From a virus (Duplodnaviria > Caudoviricetes), in the IMG/VR virus record IMGVR_UViG_3300044580_000348, positions 1 through 36,767 of that record: a DNA stretch of 36,767 bases, one strand, 5' to 3'. Each line of letters begins with the position of its first letter. Position 1 is the stretch's first letter. This document shows, piece by piece, positions 1-8,962 of this stretch. A model generated the notes under the pieces. That model was not told the origin of the DNA. It saw only the letters and a list, made by a program, of their open reading frames with translations, and did not search any database. The translations under genes were made by a program, and so were the position numbers.

Positions 1-8
1 ATAAGGGC

Positions 9-26
9 ATAAAAACGAATTGTACA
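9..26 (+). repeat. Left-end putative transposase binding site L1 (ATAAAAACGAATTGTACA)
   Basis: 16/18 match to reverse complement of 36720-36737. Confidence 0.75.
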
Positions 27-75
27 TATATAGGGATTAAATGTTATTGATATGTAGCGAGTTATGAAAGTTGAT

Positions 76-93
76 AAAAAAACAATTTGTACA
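76..93 (+). repeat. Left-end putative transposase binding site L2 (AAAAAAACAATTTGTACA)
   Basis: 15/18 match to L1, same orientation. Confidence 0.6.
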
Positions 94-121
94 TTCTGAG
101 TGAATTTCATGTGAATATGAA

Positions 122-143
122 GGCCGGGAAACCGGCTTTTTTT
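122..143 (+). terminator. Rho-independent terminator facing into the element
   Basis: GCCGG-GAAA-CCGGC hairpin followed by T7. Confidence 0.75.
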
Positions 144-280
144 GTTGGGCTTTTTTCATGTTACATCTAAAATAAGAGAATACAAGGCTTTGTAGAGGCT
201 GATAAAACTGCATTTTAGCACAATACTACAAAAAAACGACATAATGACGCTTGTTAGTGATAAAATCATGAAAAAATTGC

Positions 281-328
281 AATGGGCATGCGAATGGGCA
301 TTCAAATGGGCATTCAAATGGGCTTGCA
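281..328. repeat. Four tandem 12-bp repeats (AATGGGCATTCA consensus)
   Basis: aatgggcatgcg / aatgggcattca / aatgggcattca / aatgggcttgca. Confidence 0.9.
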
Positions 329-532
329 AAAACAAAGAAACTAATATCATTATAGATACCTATATTGATTAAAAAAACGACAAAAAAGCCGTAAAAATAC
401 ACATAAGACACCCTATAAATCCATATTTATATTGGTTAATACATACACAATAAGCACAAAGACAGTTAATTAGTGTATTATTGGTATGAAAACTGTGCTT
501 CTCTCCTGTTTTGGGAGGCATAAATTGTTTTT

Positions 533-925
533 TCATCCCTCTGGCTCAGCGGCTATATGATAGCCTTCTCCTAACCTTTTTTGAAGATTCTTATATTGCT
601 CACGACACGCACCGAGCTCAATTGCCAGGTCTGTTATCTTCTTATCTCTCTCGTTCATCAACTTCATGCATAGTTCTGAAAAATCAACAAGGCCCTCATT
701 CCGCGTCACAAGCATCTCACCCCTACCAGTCAGCAACCAGTCGGCATTAAGATTCTCAAATGCGAATATTGTCTTTTCAAGCACTTCAAAGGAAGGATTG
801 GTCTGACGTTTGCCTATTATATTTTGGATAACAGTATCCCCTACCTTGATTTTCTTGGCAAAAGCAGACTTATTCCCTCCAGAGAAATGAACAATTAGCG
901 CATCGTATCTCTCCTTAATGTTCAT
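533..925 (-). CDS. Phage repressor (CI-like, XRE HTH)
   Basis: N-terminal HTH (NKSAFAKKI...NPSFEVL), NADWLLTGRGEM motif typical of phage repressors, divergent from early operon. Confidence 0.85.
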   Translation of the reverse strand: MNIKERYDALIVHFSGGNKSAFAKKIKVGDTVIQNIIGKRQTNPSFEVLEKTIFAFENLNADWLLTGRGEMLVTRNEGLVDFSELCMKLMNERDKKITDLAIELGACREQYKNLQKRLGEGYHIAAEPEG

Positions 926-943
926 TGCTTGTTAATAATTATT

Positions 944-1054
944 TTCGCATATGAGAGTAATTAATTCACGTAATGCTTGGAAAAGTTCGCATATGTGAAT
1001 ATATTTGTCACAATGTTATTACAAAATTACGGCGAAATGGATGACAAAAGCAAA
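944..1054. promoter_or_regulatory. Lysis/lysogeny switch: face-to-face promoters and palindromic operators
   Basis: Plus strand CTTG(976)-N20-TATATTTG(1000-1007); minus strand TTTG(1054-1051)-N21-TAATTTTG(1029-1022); palindromes TTCGCATATGAGAG (944-957) and TTCGCATATGTGAA (986-999). Confidence 0.65.
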
Positions 1055-1225
1055 ATAATTGCTAAAAAAATGTACGGGGACCGCAAAACCATCGCTGAAA
1101 TGATGGGTACAACCCCCGGAAATGTTTCGCAAATTATAAGGAGACCAGGTGCCAAGAGGCACAAAGAGGCCCTGGATGCGCTCAGTAAACTCATCGCAGC
1201 ACGCGATAAACTAATTAATCAGTAA
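1037..1225 (+). CDS. Cro/Ner-like HTH regulator
   Basis: Small basic HTH (GDRKTIAEMMGTTPGNVSQII), first early gene; start moved to ATG 1037 downstream of predicted promoter. Confidence 0.75.
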   Translation: MDDKSKIIAKKMYGDRKTIAEMMGTTPGNVSQIIRRPGAKRHKEALDALSKLIAARDKLINQ

Positions 1226-1228
1226 ATC

Positions 1229-3193
1229 ATGGAGTTCTACAACAATTCACTGGCAGTAGAAGCCGGATGGCTGATTAACGAGGGCCTTCTGAGCAAGCCT
1301 GGATACGACTCAATGAAGAGTCGTGAAAAGCTAAGGATAGTGCGCCGTGGATGTGCCAATACGCCGGCTCTCATTGATTATGAGAGCATACCGGAACGGT
1401 TGAGAATACAGATCGAAAAAAGGGTTGGAGACCCGTACCGGGTAGCGAGACTTAATCAGGTTGAACAGCGCATTGAACATAGTATCGAAATAAGTCGATT
1501 TTTCGACGATTTTGTTCTTCCGGACGGCAGACACCTGAAAAGCGAAAAACGCCGCGAATTATTCGCAAATGCGACAATTCTCAACGCAATTGGCAAAATG
1601 ATAGCTGACAAGCGGGCAAAACGCAGCGCCCTCGGAGGTAAAGTGAAGCGGAAATGGGAGGATATTTGTGAAGCTGTCATGGACCTGGACCGCTCGAAAT
1701 ATCCCCACAATCTCCCCGCCAACCCCCGACGCTTGGAGGAAAAATACAAGCAGTACAGAAGGGAAGGACTCGAATGCCTTATTCATAAGAACTACATGAA
1801 CAAATCGGCGGCTAAGATCGATGACGACGTTAAGGAATCGATCCTCGTAGAGCTCCTGGGTGACCCACGCAACCTGGACAATGAGCAGATTCGCAAGCTG
1901 TACAACGAGGTCGCGCTCAAAATGGCATGGAAAGTGATCACAGCTACGACGGTTGGCATCTGGAGGGAAAAGCTCGATGCAATTACTTATGCAGGCAGGC
2001 GCGGATCGGTCGCATACAGCAATACGAAGGCCATGCAGGTGAAGAGGAAAGCTCCCGGATCACCATTATATTATATAACACTCGACGGCTGGGATGTGGA
2101 GCTCCTATACCAGCGCACCGAAAACGGCAGAACTACTTACCATCACCGGCCTACGGTTGTGATAGTGCTCGATCCCTGCTGCAAGTATCCGCTTGGCTTC
2201 GCTGTTGGTTCGCATGAAACTCCCGAGCTCATCAAGGCGGCCCTCCGGAATGCATCCAGGCACACAATCGAGCTATTCGGCGACATGTACCGGGCCCATC
2301 AGCTACAATCGGACCGGTATGCACTGAAATCGATGCTGCCTTATTATGACACCATTGCCGAGAAGGTCACACCCGCGCGCGCACGCAACGCGAAGGCAAA
2401 GGTCATTGAGCCTTATTTTCACTACCTCAATAAGACCTACTGCCAGTTGATGCCAAACTGGTCAGGTTTCGGGATCACCGGCGATGCCGACAAGCAGCCA
2501 AATATCGAGTTTCTGAACAAGTTCCGGCACGACTTCCCCGACTTCGACGGGGTGTGCAAGCTTGTTGAAAATATCATCATGCGCGAGCGTGCTACTAAGG
2601 TGCAGCAGTATGCATCGCTCTGGAATGAGATGCCCGAAATAGACCGTATCGCCATGAAGGCCGAGAACTACCTCCTCTGGTTCGGTGAGAAAACCGGATT
2701 CACGAACATGCTGGTTGGATCGGGGCTTCACCCCACCATCGGAGGGATCAGGCGCGACTACGACTGTTTCGATCTTTCTTTCCGCGAACACTATTCAACC
2801 AGGTGGGAGGTGCTGTACGATCCTGACGACCTGACCAGGGTGCTGGCAGTAAACGAAGACCAGACGCTCCGCTATATACTCGAAGAAAAATACGTTCAGC
2901 CGATGGCGCTCAAAGAACGCCAGCCCGGCGACAGCGATCAGTTGCAGCGGATTAGGGAATATAACAAGGCGCTCGAGTCGAAGGTGATTGATACCCGCGC
3001 AAAGTCTGCGGAGCTGGTCCGCGCTACAATCGAAGCAAACCCGCAACTCGAGGAAACTACGCTACGCAAGCTTCTTATCACCGACTCGCGCGGACAGCAT
3101 AAGAACCGCCTCGGCGAAGCGAAAAAAGCACTGCCGGCACCTGCCGATAAGGCAACAGATGCCACTGAAGAAGATTTCTGGAATATGTACTAA
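1229..3193 (+). CDS. MuA-like DDE transposase
   Basis: 654 aa; integrase-core motifs TLDGW, LQSDRY, NAKAKVIEPYF; followed by MuB-like ATPase. Confidence 0.92.
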   Translation: MEFYNNSLAVEAGWLINEGLLSKPGYDSMKSREKLRIVRRGCANTPALIDYESIPERLRIQIEKRVGDPYRVARLNQVEQRIEHSIEISRFFDDFVLPDGRHLKSEKRRELFANATILNAIGKMIADKRAKRSALGGKVKRKWEDICEAVMDLDRSKYPHNLPANPRRLEEKYKQYRREGLECLIHKNYMNKSAAKIDDDVKESILVELLGDPRNLDNEQIRKLYNEVALKMAWKVITATTVGIWREKLDAITYAGRRGSVAYSNTKAMQVKRKAPGSPLYYITLDGWDVELLYQRTENGRTTYHHRPTVVIVLDPCCKYPLGFAVGSHETPELIKAALRNASRHTIELFGDMYRAHQLQSDRYALKSMLPYYDTIAEKVTPARARNAKAKVIEPYFHYLNKTYCQLMPNWSGFGITGDADKQPNIEFLNKFRHDFPDFDGVCKLVENIIMRERATKVQQYASLWNEMPEIDRIAMKAENYLLWFGEKTGFTNMLVGSGLHPTIGGIRRDYDCFDLSFREHYSTRWEVLYDPDDLTRVLAVNEDQTLRYILEEKYVQPMALKERQPGDSDQLQRIREYNKALESKVIDTRAKSAELVRATIEANPQLEETTLRKLLITDSRGQHKNRLGEAKKALPAPADKATDATEEDFWNMY

Positions 3194-3209
3194 GCTCAAT
3201 ATTATTGTT

Positions 3210-4085
3210 ATGGAAACTATCGAAAAAGACAGAATCAGCAACAAATTGCGGCAGTATTGCGATCGCTACGAATCGCAGAACCGCGCCGCTGCCTCACTGA
3301 AAGGTGTAAGTTCAGCCACCATCTCGCAGATCCTCGCAGGGAAAACCGACCTCATTTCGGAAGAGATGTGGCGCAACATTGCAAGCCAGATCGGAGTGAA
3401 AAGCGATAACTGGAAAGTTGTCGAAACCCGCGACTACCGGCTGATGACCCGCTTTCTTGACGATGCCAGGAAAAACAATCTGGTAATGGCCATCACCGGA
3501 GCCGCGGGGTCAGGCAAATCGTTTGCCGCCCGCCACTTCACCGAAACGCACAAACGTGTGTACCTGCTCTCGTGTAACGAGTTCTGGAACAAAAAGACGT
3601 TCCTTCAGGAGCTCCTCGCCCAGATGGGCCGCGAATCGGTGGCCGAATCGGTCAACGACATGGTCAACGAAATCGTCAGGATGTTGAAAATGCAGGAGAA
3701 CCCCCTGATCGTCCTCGATGAAGCCGACAAGCTCAGCGACCCGGTATTCTATTTCTTCATCACACTGTACAACCATCTCGAGGATGAATGTGGTATTGTT
3801 TTGTGCGCTACCAACTTCATCGAAAAGCGCCTCCGGGCAGGACTCAAGCGCAACAAGAAGGGATATCATGAAATATGGAGCCGGATCGGGCGCCGCTGTA
3901 TCGAACTGAAAGGCGTAGGCGCTGCCGACATCGCTGCTGTATGCGAAGCGAACGGGATCACCCAGGCGCGCGAAGTCGAAAAAGTAATAGAAGACTCAGA
4001 GTCGGACCTGCGCCGGGTAAGGCGGAAAATACACTCACTGAAGAAAGCACAGGAAGCAGCCAGGAACCTGGAACCTGTTAATTAA
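3210..4085 (+). CDS. MuB-like AAA+ transposition ATPase
   Basis: N-terminal HTH (SQNRAAASLKGVSSATISQI), Walker A GAAGSGKS, Walker B LIVLDEADKL; start at ATG 3210. Confidence 0.92.
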   Translation: METIEKDRISNKLRQYCDRYESQNRAAASLKGVSSATISQILAGKTDLISEEMWRNIASQIGVKSDNWKVVETRDYRLMTRFLDDARKNNLVMAITGAAGSGKSFAARHFTETHKRVYLLSCNEFWNKKTFLQELLAQMGRESVAESVNDMVNEIVRMLKMQENPLIVLDEADKLSDPVFYFFITLYNHLEDECGIVLCATNFIEKRLRAGLKRNKKGYHEIWSRIGRRCIELKGVGAADIAAVCEANGITQAREVEKVIEDSESDLRRVRRKIHSLKKAQEAARNLEPVN

Positions 4086-4108
4086 CTGACGTTCATTGAA
4101 CTATTGAT

Positions 4109-4729
4109 ATGCGTATTAACCGGGCACTGACCGTACGCGACCTTACTGCCTACCGGGCCAAGGTACTGCCTTTCGCCGGGCATTTCCTCGAAGCCTTCGG
4201 GAGGCCTGAACTGCGCGGCTCGTGGATCATTTGGGGAAACCCCGCAAACGGGAAAACCAGGTGCGCACTGCAGCTTGCGAAGTACATGGCCGGGTTCACG
4301 AAGGTTGTGTACGACTCGCTCGAAGAAGGGCTGAGCCTGTCGATGAAAAACGCTGTGATCGGGTGCGCAATGGCCGACGTGTCGCGGTCGTTCCTGCTCC
4401 TCGACCAGGAGCCGGTGACCGACCTCACCGAGCGGCTCAAGCGCCGCAAAAGTGCCGACGTTGTTTTCATCGACAGCCTTCAGTACACCGGCATCACATA
4501 CGCTGAATACAAGCGCCTCCGCGACACATTCCCGCATAAGCTTTTCATTTTCGTTTCGCACGCCGATGGAAAGGAGCCGAAAGGGAATGTCGCAAAATCG
4601 GTGAGGTACGATGCCTTCGTGAAGATATATGTCGAAGGGTACAAGGCATTCCCGCAAAGCCGGTACGGAGGAGGTTCTGAATATGTAATATGGCCCAAAG
4701 GGGCTCAGGATTATTGGGATTATAAGTAA
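4109..4729 (+). CDS. RecA/KaiC-like P-loop ATPase
   Basis: Walker A GNPANGKT, SLEEG, Walker B VFIDSLQ. Confidence 0.8.
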   Translation: MRINRALTVRDLTAYRAKVLPFAGHFLEAFGRPELRGSWIIWGNPANGKTRCALQLAKYMAGFTKVVYDSLEEGLSLSMKNAVIGCAMADVSRSFLLLDQEPVTDLTERLKRRKSADVVFIDSLQYTGITYAEYKRLRDTFPHKLFIFVSHADGKEPKGNVAKSVRYDAFVKIYVEGYKAFPQSRYGGGSEYVIWPKGAQDYWDYK

Positions 4730-4734
4730 ACAAC

Positions 4735-5184
4735 ATGCAGACTACAATTGACAAACAGAGAAATATCCTGATCAAGCGGTACCACACACTGCTTGGAAGG
4801 CTGAATATTACCAACGACGAAAAGCTGGTGATATTAGGCGCATACGGAGTTGAAAGCGGGCGCGACCTTTCGGTCGAGCAACTGATCGACCTGTGCCGGC
4901 GCCTCGAAATGATGCTGGTCCCCGGACTGTACGAAGCCGATCGGTGGCGCAAGCGCGTCATTGCTTCGATCGGCGGCTGGCTGCGCGCGCTCGGGAAAGA
5001 TGGGCGGAACCTCGGCGAGATCAAGGCTATTGCCGCACGGGCTGCCGGGGTAAAATCGTTTTACGAAATACCACAGGAGCGCCTGCGCTCGATCTACTAC
5101 GCTTTCCGGAAAAAACAGAACGATTTGAAGTTCGCCGAAGAGCTTACCGCTGAAGAAATCAACCTTCTAACCGCGCAAAACTAA
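4735..5184 (+). CDS. Phage early protein, possibly GemA/DUF1018-like
   Basis: YGVESGRDLSVEQL motif and position resemble Mu-like early genes. Confidence 0.55.
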   Translation: MQTTIDKQRNILIKRYHTLLGRLNITNDEKLVILGAYGVESGRDLSVEQLIDLCRRLEMMLVPGLYEADRWRKRVIASIGGWLRALGKDGRNLGEIKAIAARAAGVKSFYEIPQERLRSIYYAFRKKQNDLKFAEELTAEEINLLTAQN

Positions 5185-5429
5185 TGGAAGCTTTCTTATA
5201 TGTATACATCCTGATCAACCTGGCGGCGCTGGCTTTCGTGCTCATGCGGGTTGAAAAAATGAACGAAATAATCGATAACCCGCACGGGCAGCGGGTGTGG
5301 GGAACGTTTGAGGGCGAGTTGTTTAGCGGGTATATCGAAATGATGTTCAGCGATGGTGAGTACCTGATCATGACGCCAGACAAGGCTGTCATACTTCAAA
5401 CATGGCAATTCAATCCAAACATTTTCTGA
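5184..5429 (+). CDS. Hypothetical protein with N-terminal TM segment
   Basis: Coupled TAATG start; hydrophobic N-terminus. Confidence 0.65.
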   Translation: MEAFLYVYILINLAALAFVLMRVEKMNEIIDNPHGQRVWGTFEGELFSGYIEMMFSDGEYLIMTPDKAVILQTWQFNPNIF

Positions 5430-5629
5430 TGGCTTACAACCGACACAACCTGCTTTGCCGGATAGTTGAAATCCAGGAAATAACCCTTGCTGAAAAAAAG
5501 CACGGCAGCACGCAGAAATGGATATACGACAACATTATCCATCCCCGGTTCAGGATATCGAAATCGACATACGACCGGTACCTCGGTATCCCGGCGCGAA
5601 GGCAACTGAAACAATACACTAACGAATGA
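5429..5629 (+). CDS. Small putative DNA-binding protein (MAYNRHNLL...)
   Basis: Coupled TGATG start; HTH-like ISKSTYDRYLG. Confidence 0.7.
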   Translation: MAYNRHNLLCRIVEIQEITLAEKKHGSTQKWIYDNIIHPRFRISKSTYDRYLGIPARRQLKQYTNE

Positions 5630-5919
5630 TGGTACTGCAAATACATTTCACACCCGACGAAATCCGTCAGTTTTTTCTCGAGAACGGGTACACCGTCATT
5701 GAACAGGCTTACGGGCGCTGGGAAACCAGGCACGGAAGCGCACAGGAGTGGGTCACCTACATGGCCGACTCGGTAGTGGTCGACAATAAGTCGGTACGGG
5801 CCGACAAGCTCTTCGAGCGCATTGCAGAGCACAGGATCAAGTCAATGCTTGCACCGCGCAATTATGTAACACAGCAGATCATTCTACAGCAGTTCAACCG
5901 CCTTTCAAAAGGCAATTAA
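5626..5919 (+). CDS. Hypothetical phage protein
   Basis: ATGA overlap within operon. Confidence 0.7.
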   Translation: MMVLQIHFTPDEIRQFFLENGYTVIEQAYGRWETRHGSAQEWVTYMADSVVVDNKSVRADKLFERIAEHRIKSMLAPRNYVTQQIILQQFNRLSKGN

Positions 5920-5929
5920 ACTACGATTA

Positions 5930-6184
5930 ATGAGCGAAAATAACACCGGCACAATTGCCATTTCCTACCTCGTCGATGCTTACAGGCACTCGCAATTCAG
6001 GGTGAAGCACCTGCAGTACATACTCGAGGAAGACCGTAAAAAACACCTGTCACGTACCGAGGAAGCGATCAACGGCTGGAAAAAGCACGGCGAACTGATC
6101 CTGGCACAACTACAGGAATATGCCGATGCGAATAAAGTGAAATTGTCTGAAATACTGGATAATACAAATCAACAATCAAAATGA
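5930..6184 (+). CDS. Hypothetical phage protein
   Basis: In operon; overlaps gam start (ATGA). Confidence 0.7.
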   Translation: MSENNTGTIAISYLVDAYRHSQFRVKHLQYILEEDRKKHLSRTEEAINGWKKHGELILAQLQEYADANKVKLSEILDNTNQQSK

Positions 6185-6708
6185 AAACAAGAGAGAAAAA
6201 AGTGGTTGTACAGGGCGTCACCCGCGAAGTGTTCGAGGAAAACTTCGCAAAGTATGCCCGCGCCGATGCGCAAATGCAGAACATAACATCGAAAATGGAT
6301 GTCGAAATGTCGCGGATCAGGGAGCGTTACCAGGATGCTATCAACAACCTGCAAAAGTCGAAAGACGACGCCTTCGAGGTGATGCAGGTGTGGGCGATGG
6401 AAAGCAAAGACGAAATGTTTGCGAAGAAAAAATCGATCGAAACGATCCATGGCACGGTCGGGTTCCGCACCGGCACCCCGAAGCTGAAGCTTCTGAAGGG
6501 CTTTACCTGGGGGGCAGTGACCAACCTGCTCAAGGAGTTCATGCCCGGGTACGTGCGCGTGAGCGAGGAACCTGCGAAAGACAAGCTCCTGGCCGACCGC
6601 GAAGTTCCCGAGGTGGTTGAGTCGTTCCGCAAAGTTGGCATCTATGTCGACCAGGACGAGGTGTTCTATGTTGAACCGAAAAAGGAAGCCGCCGAGGTAG
6701 TTGCCTGA
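6181..6708 (+). CDS. gam: Mu Gam-like host-nuclease inhibitor (DNA end protection)
   Basis: KKSIETIHGTVGFRTGTPKL, EEPAKDKL, GIYVDQDEVFYVEP motifs after a coiled-coil N-terminus. Confidence 0.88.
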   Translation: MKTREKKVVVQGVTREVFEENFAKYARADAQMQNITSKMDVEMSRIRERYQDAINNLQKSKDDAFEVMQVWAMESKDEMFAKKKSIETIHGTVGFRTGTPKLKLLKGFTWGAVTNLLKEFMPGYVRVSEEPAKDKLLADREVPEVVESFRKVGIYVDQDEVFYVEPKKEAAEVVA

Positions 6709-6827
6709 CACGATTAACGGCTACGGGCTGCCGCAAATGCCTGCGTTCTTTTTTCAATATTCGGACAGCGGGGCGCTTTGAACTTAATTGATTGCGATTT
6801 TTTTTTTCTGGAAGGCGTCCCGCACAC

Positions 6828-6899
6828 TGCGGGGTGGTGTAATGGCAACATACAAGGTTCATGCCCTTGCGACTCCGGGTTCGATTCCCGGCCCCGCTA
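6828..6899 (+). tRNA. tRNA with CAU anticodon (Met/fMet-like or Ile2), CCA not encoded
   Basis: Cloverleaf: acceptor TGCGGGG/CCCCGCT, D arm GTGT/ACAT, anticodon arm CAAGG-TTCATGC-CCTTG, T arm CCGGG-TTCGATT-CCCGG. Confidence 0.88.
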
Positions 6900-6922
6900 C
6901 ACATTCACAAAAAACAATAGCT

Positions 6923-7231
6923 ATGAAAAAACTGATCGTTATCGGCTTGCTGCTACTTTCATCAACATTCGCCAGGGCGCAGTACCTGGTTGTGCTGAAA
7001 GAGCACGGCGTTACCCGGTCGTACAGGTGCGACTCGCTCCGTGCCGACAGCCTGATCCGGAACTACCTGCCCGGGAAAAACTTCACCTCCGCACAGGCGC
7101 TCCCATTTTTCGAGTACCGCGAAATACACCATTATATATATGTTGAACTCAAAAAAAGTAAAAAGTTATGGAAATCGAAATTTTCGACGCAGCAAAAATC
7201 CGCACGCGGAGAATCTACTTCCCGGCGGTGA
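6923..7231 (+). CDS. Hypothetical exported protein
   Basis: Signal peptide MKKLIVIGLLLLSSTFARA|Q. Confidence 0.65.
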   Translation: MKKLIVIGLLLLSSTFARAQYLVVLKEHGVTRSYRCDSLRADSLIRNYLPGKNFTSAQALPFFEYREIHHYIYVELKKSKKLWKSKFSTQQKSARGESTSRR

Positions 7232-7545
7232 CAATCCAAAAAAGCGGGTTATTTCAATTAAACCACGAAGCAGCCGAGGCCTTATCGCTGGCCGAAGGGC
7301 ACAAAGTAAGCCTGGTCCGCAACAAAGAAAAGCCAAAAGACTGGTACATATTGAGAGACGCAAGCGGAGTTGATCTGCGAAAATCATCACAGGGGTTTTT
7401 AATTTTCTCGGCAAAAATTGTCCGCGATCTGATGATCGACGCCATCCAGCCCAAGAACCCCACGATGCGCTTCCGTGTAGCCAGCCAGCCCGAGCGGGTC
7501 GGCGACAAAATGCTGTATGCAATATTGACCACGAAAACGGTATGA
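7168..7545 (+). CDS. Hypothetical phage protein
   Basis: 125 aa ORF coupled to downstream gene (ATGA). Confidence 0.7.
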   Translation: MEIEIFDAAKIRTRRIYFPAVTIQKSGLFQLNHEAAEALSLAEGHKVSLVRNKEKPKDWYILRDASGVDLRKSSQGFLIFSAKIVRDLMIDAIQPKNPTMRFRVASQPERVGDKMLYAILTTKTV

Positions 7546-8471
7546 AAAATTTTCTGCAACGAAAGCAGGAAGGGATCAACCCAGCGCCTGCAAAAACACA
7601 AATACTGCTCCTTACTGCTATGCACGAGCGCCCTCTGATTTCAGAGTTGTTCGCAATTGCTGCAACCCGGCTGAAAAAAGAAAATGACTCGAAATACGAT
7701 GTTACTATTGTGAGCTTGGTTAGCGACCCGGAGTCGCGGCTGGTGTGCGAGCGTTACGGCATCGAAATAGTCAAAACCGTGAAGCGCCCCCTCGGGCGCA
7801 AGTGGAACCAGGGCATCGCTACGGTGCTCGAAAGGTACACCTTCGACTATATGATGCAGATGGGCGACGACGACATTATGTCCTCATCGCTGCTCGACCT
7901 GTATGCCCCGGCCATTGCCGCCCGGCTTCCCTATTTCGGGATGAAGAAACTCTATTTTCTCGATGCCCTGAGCAACATGGCCACCCGCTTCACTTACAAG
8001 CACGAGACCAACAAGCTGGTGGGCTGCGGGCGTATGTTCCTGCGCAGCGCGCTCGAGGCTACCGGGTACCACACCGGGATTATTCCCCGAAAGAGTTGCC
8101 AGTACATTGGAGTGAAGCTCGAGAAGTCGGTGCCGGTATACCTGCCAACTTACCAGGCCAAATACCTCGACGCAATGCACTATGCCGACATTCATGCCGG
8201 CCAGCGCTTTTCACTATTCGCCGATGGGCTGATGCGCGGCCTCGACAACCACAGCGAAATGTCGATGGTGATGAACAACTACTTTCCGGCGGTGATCGAA
8301 ACCGAAAAGCCGCTGATAACCGACGTGAAAAGCCGGGTGAATATCTGGCGTTTCGACCAGTTTTCGCACCTGGGCGAAAGCTGCAAGCCGTCGGCAGCAA
8401 TGGCCCACTGGGGTGATGATGAAAAAGAATATTATACAAAATTATGTGAAACACTGAAAAAGAAGATATGA
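7542..8471 (+). CDS. GT-A fold (family 2-like) glycosyltransferase
   Basis: ILLLTAMHER start strand, PLGRKWNQG, FDYMMQMGDDD DxD-like motif, GCGR, GLDN. Confidence 0.78.
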   Translation: MKNFLQRKQEGINPAPAKTQILLLTAMHERPLISELFAIAATRLKKENDSKYDVTIVSLVSDPESRLVCERYGIEIVKTVKRPLGRKWNQGIATVLERYTFDYMMQMGDDDIMSSSLLDLYAPAIAARLPYFGMKKLYFLDALSNMATRFTYKHETNKLVGCGRMFLRSALEATGYHTGIIPRKSCQYIGVKLEKSVPVYLPTYQAKYLDAMHYADIHAGQRFSLFADGLMRGLDNHSEMSMVMNNYFPAVIETEKPLITDVKSRVNIWRFDQFSHLGESCKPSAAMAHWGDDEKEYYTKLCETLKKKI

Positions 8472-8962
8472 ACTACTACGTAATTGCAAAACACGAGGTT
8501 ATTTCGCCATGCCCTGCCTGTAACGGCGACCGCGACGGAAAAAAATTATGCACAACCTGCGGTGGAAGTGGGAAAAAAATTACAAAAAAGCAATTTGAGA
8601 TACCGCTCTCGATTGCTATGAAGGCCATCACAACTCAGAGGGTCGAAAGTGAAAAAAACCTTATTGACACAAATGTTGATTTCTTGATCGACAGGTGTTG
8701 TGAACATTTCAAGATATCGCGCAGCGATATTCTCAAAAGACGGCCATCTCGCGACGTCAGCGACATACGCTACATGATATATTACTATTGCACAAAGTCC
8801 CTAAAATTGACCGGAAAAACAACCGGGAAAATTATCGGTAACTTCTGCCGTACTACCGTCACACACGGAACGCAAAAAGTGCAGGAATGGATCGACTTTG
8901 ACCCGGAGTTCAACCGCAAATTCAACGAATTTCTGACAATCATTCAAAACAATCAATTATGA
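8468..8962 (+). CDS. Zn-ribbon + DnaA C-terminal-like HTH protein
   Basis: CPAC...CTTCGGSG (DnaJ-like Zn finger); CCEHFKISRSDIL...R...IGNFCRTTVTHG resembles DnaA domain IV. Confidence 0.7.
   Translation: MNYYVIAKHEVISPCPACNGDRDGKKLCTTCGGSGKKITKKQFEIPLSIAMKAITTQRVESEKNLIDTNVDFLIDRCCEHFKISRSDILKRRPSRDVSDIRYMIYYYCTKSLKLTGKTTGKIIGNFCRTTVTHGTQKVQEWIDFDPEFNRKFNEFLTIIQNNQL

Noticed and set aside
281-328. CRISPR array
   Set aside because: 12-bp head-to-tail repeats with no spacers and no cas genes
156-411. Short minus-strand ORFs at the left end
   Set aside because: Low-complexity translations of the 12-bp repeat and AT-rich end region; no support as genes
6798-6807. Phase-variable poly-T tract
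   Set aside because: Intergenic T10 upstream of the tRNA with no promoter spacing or reading frame that it clearly controls
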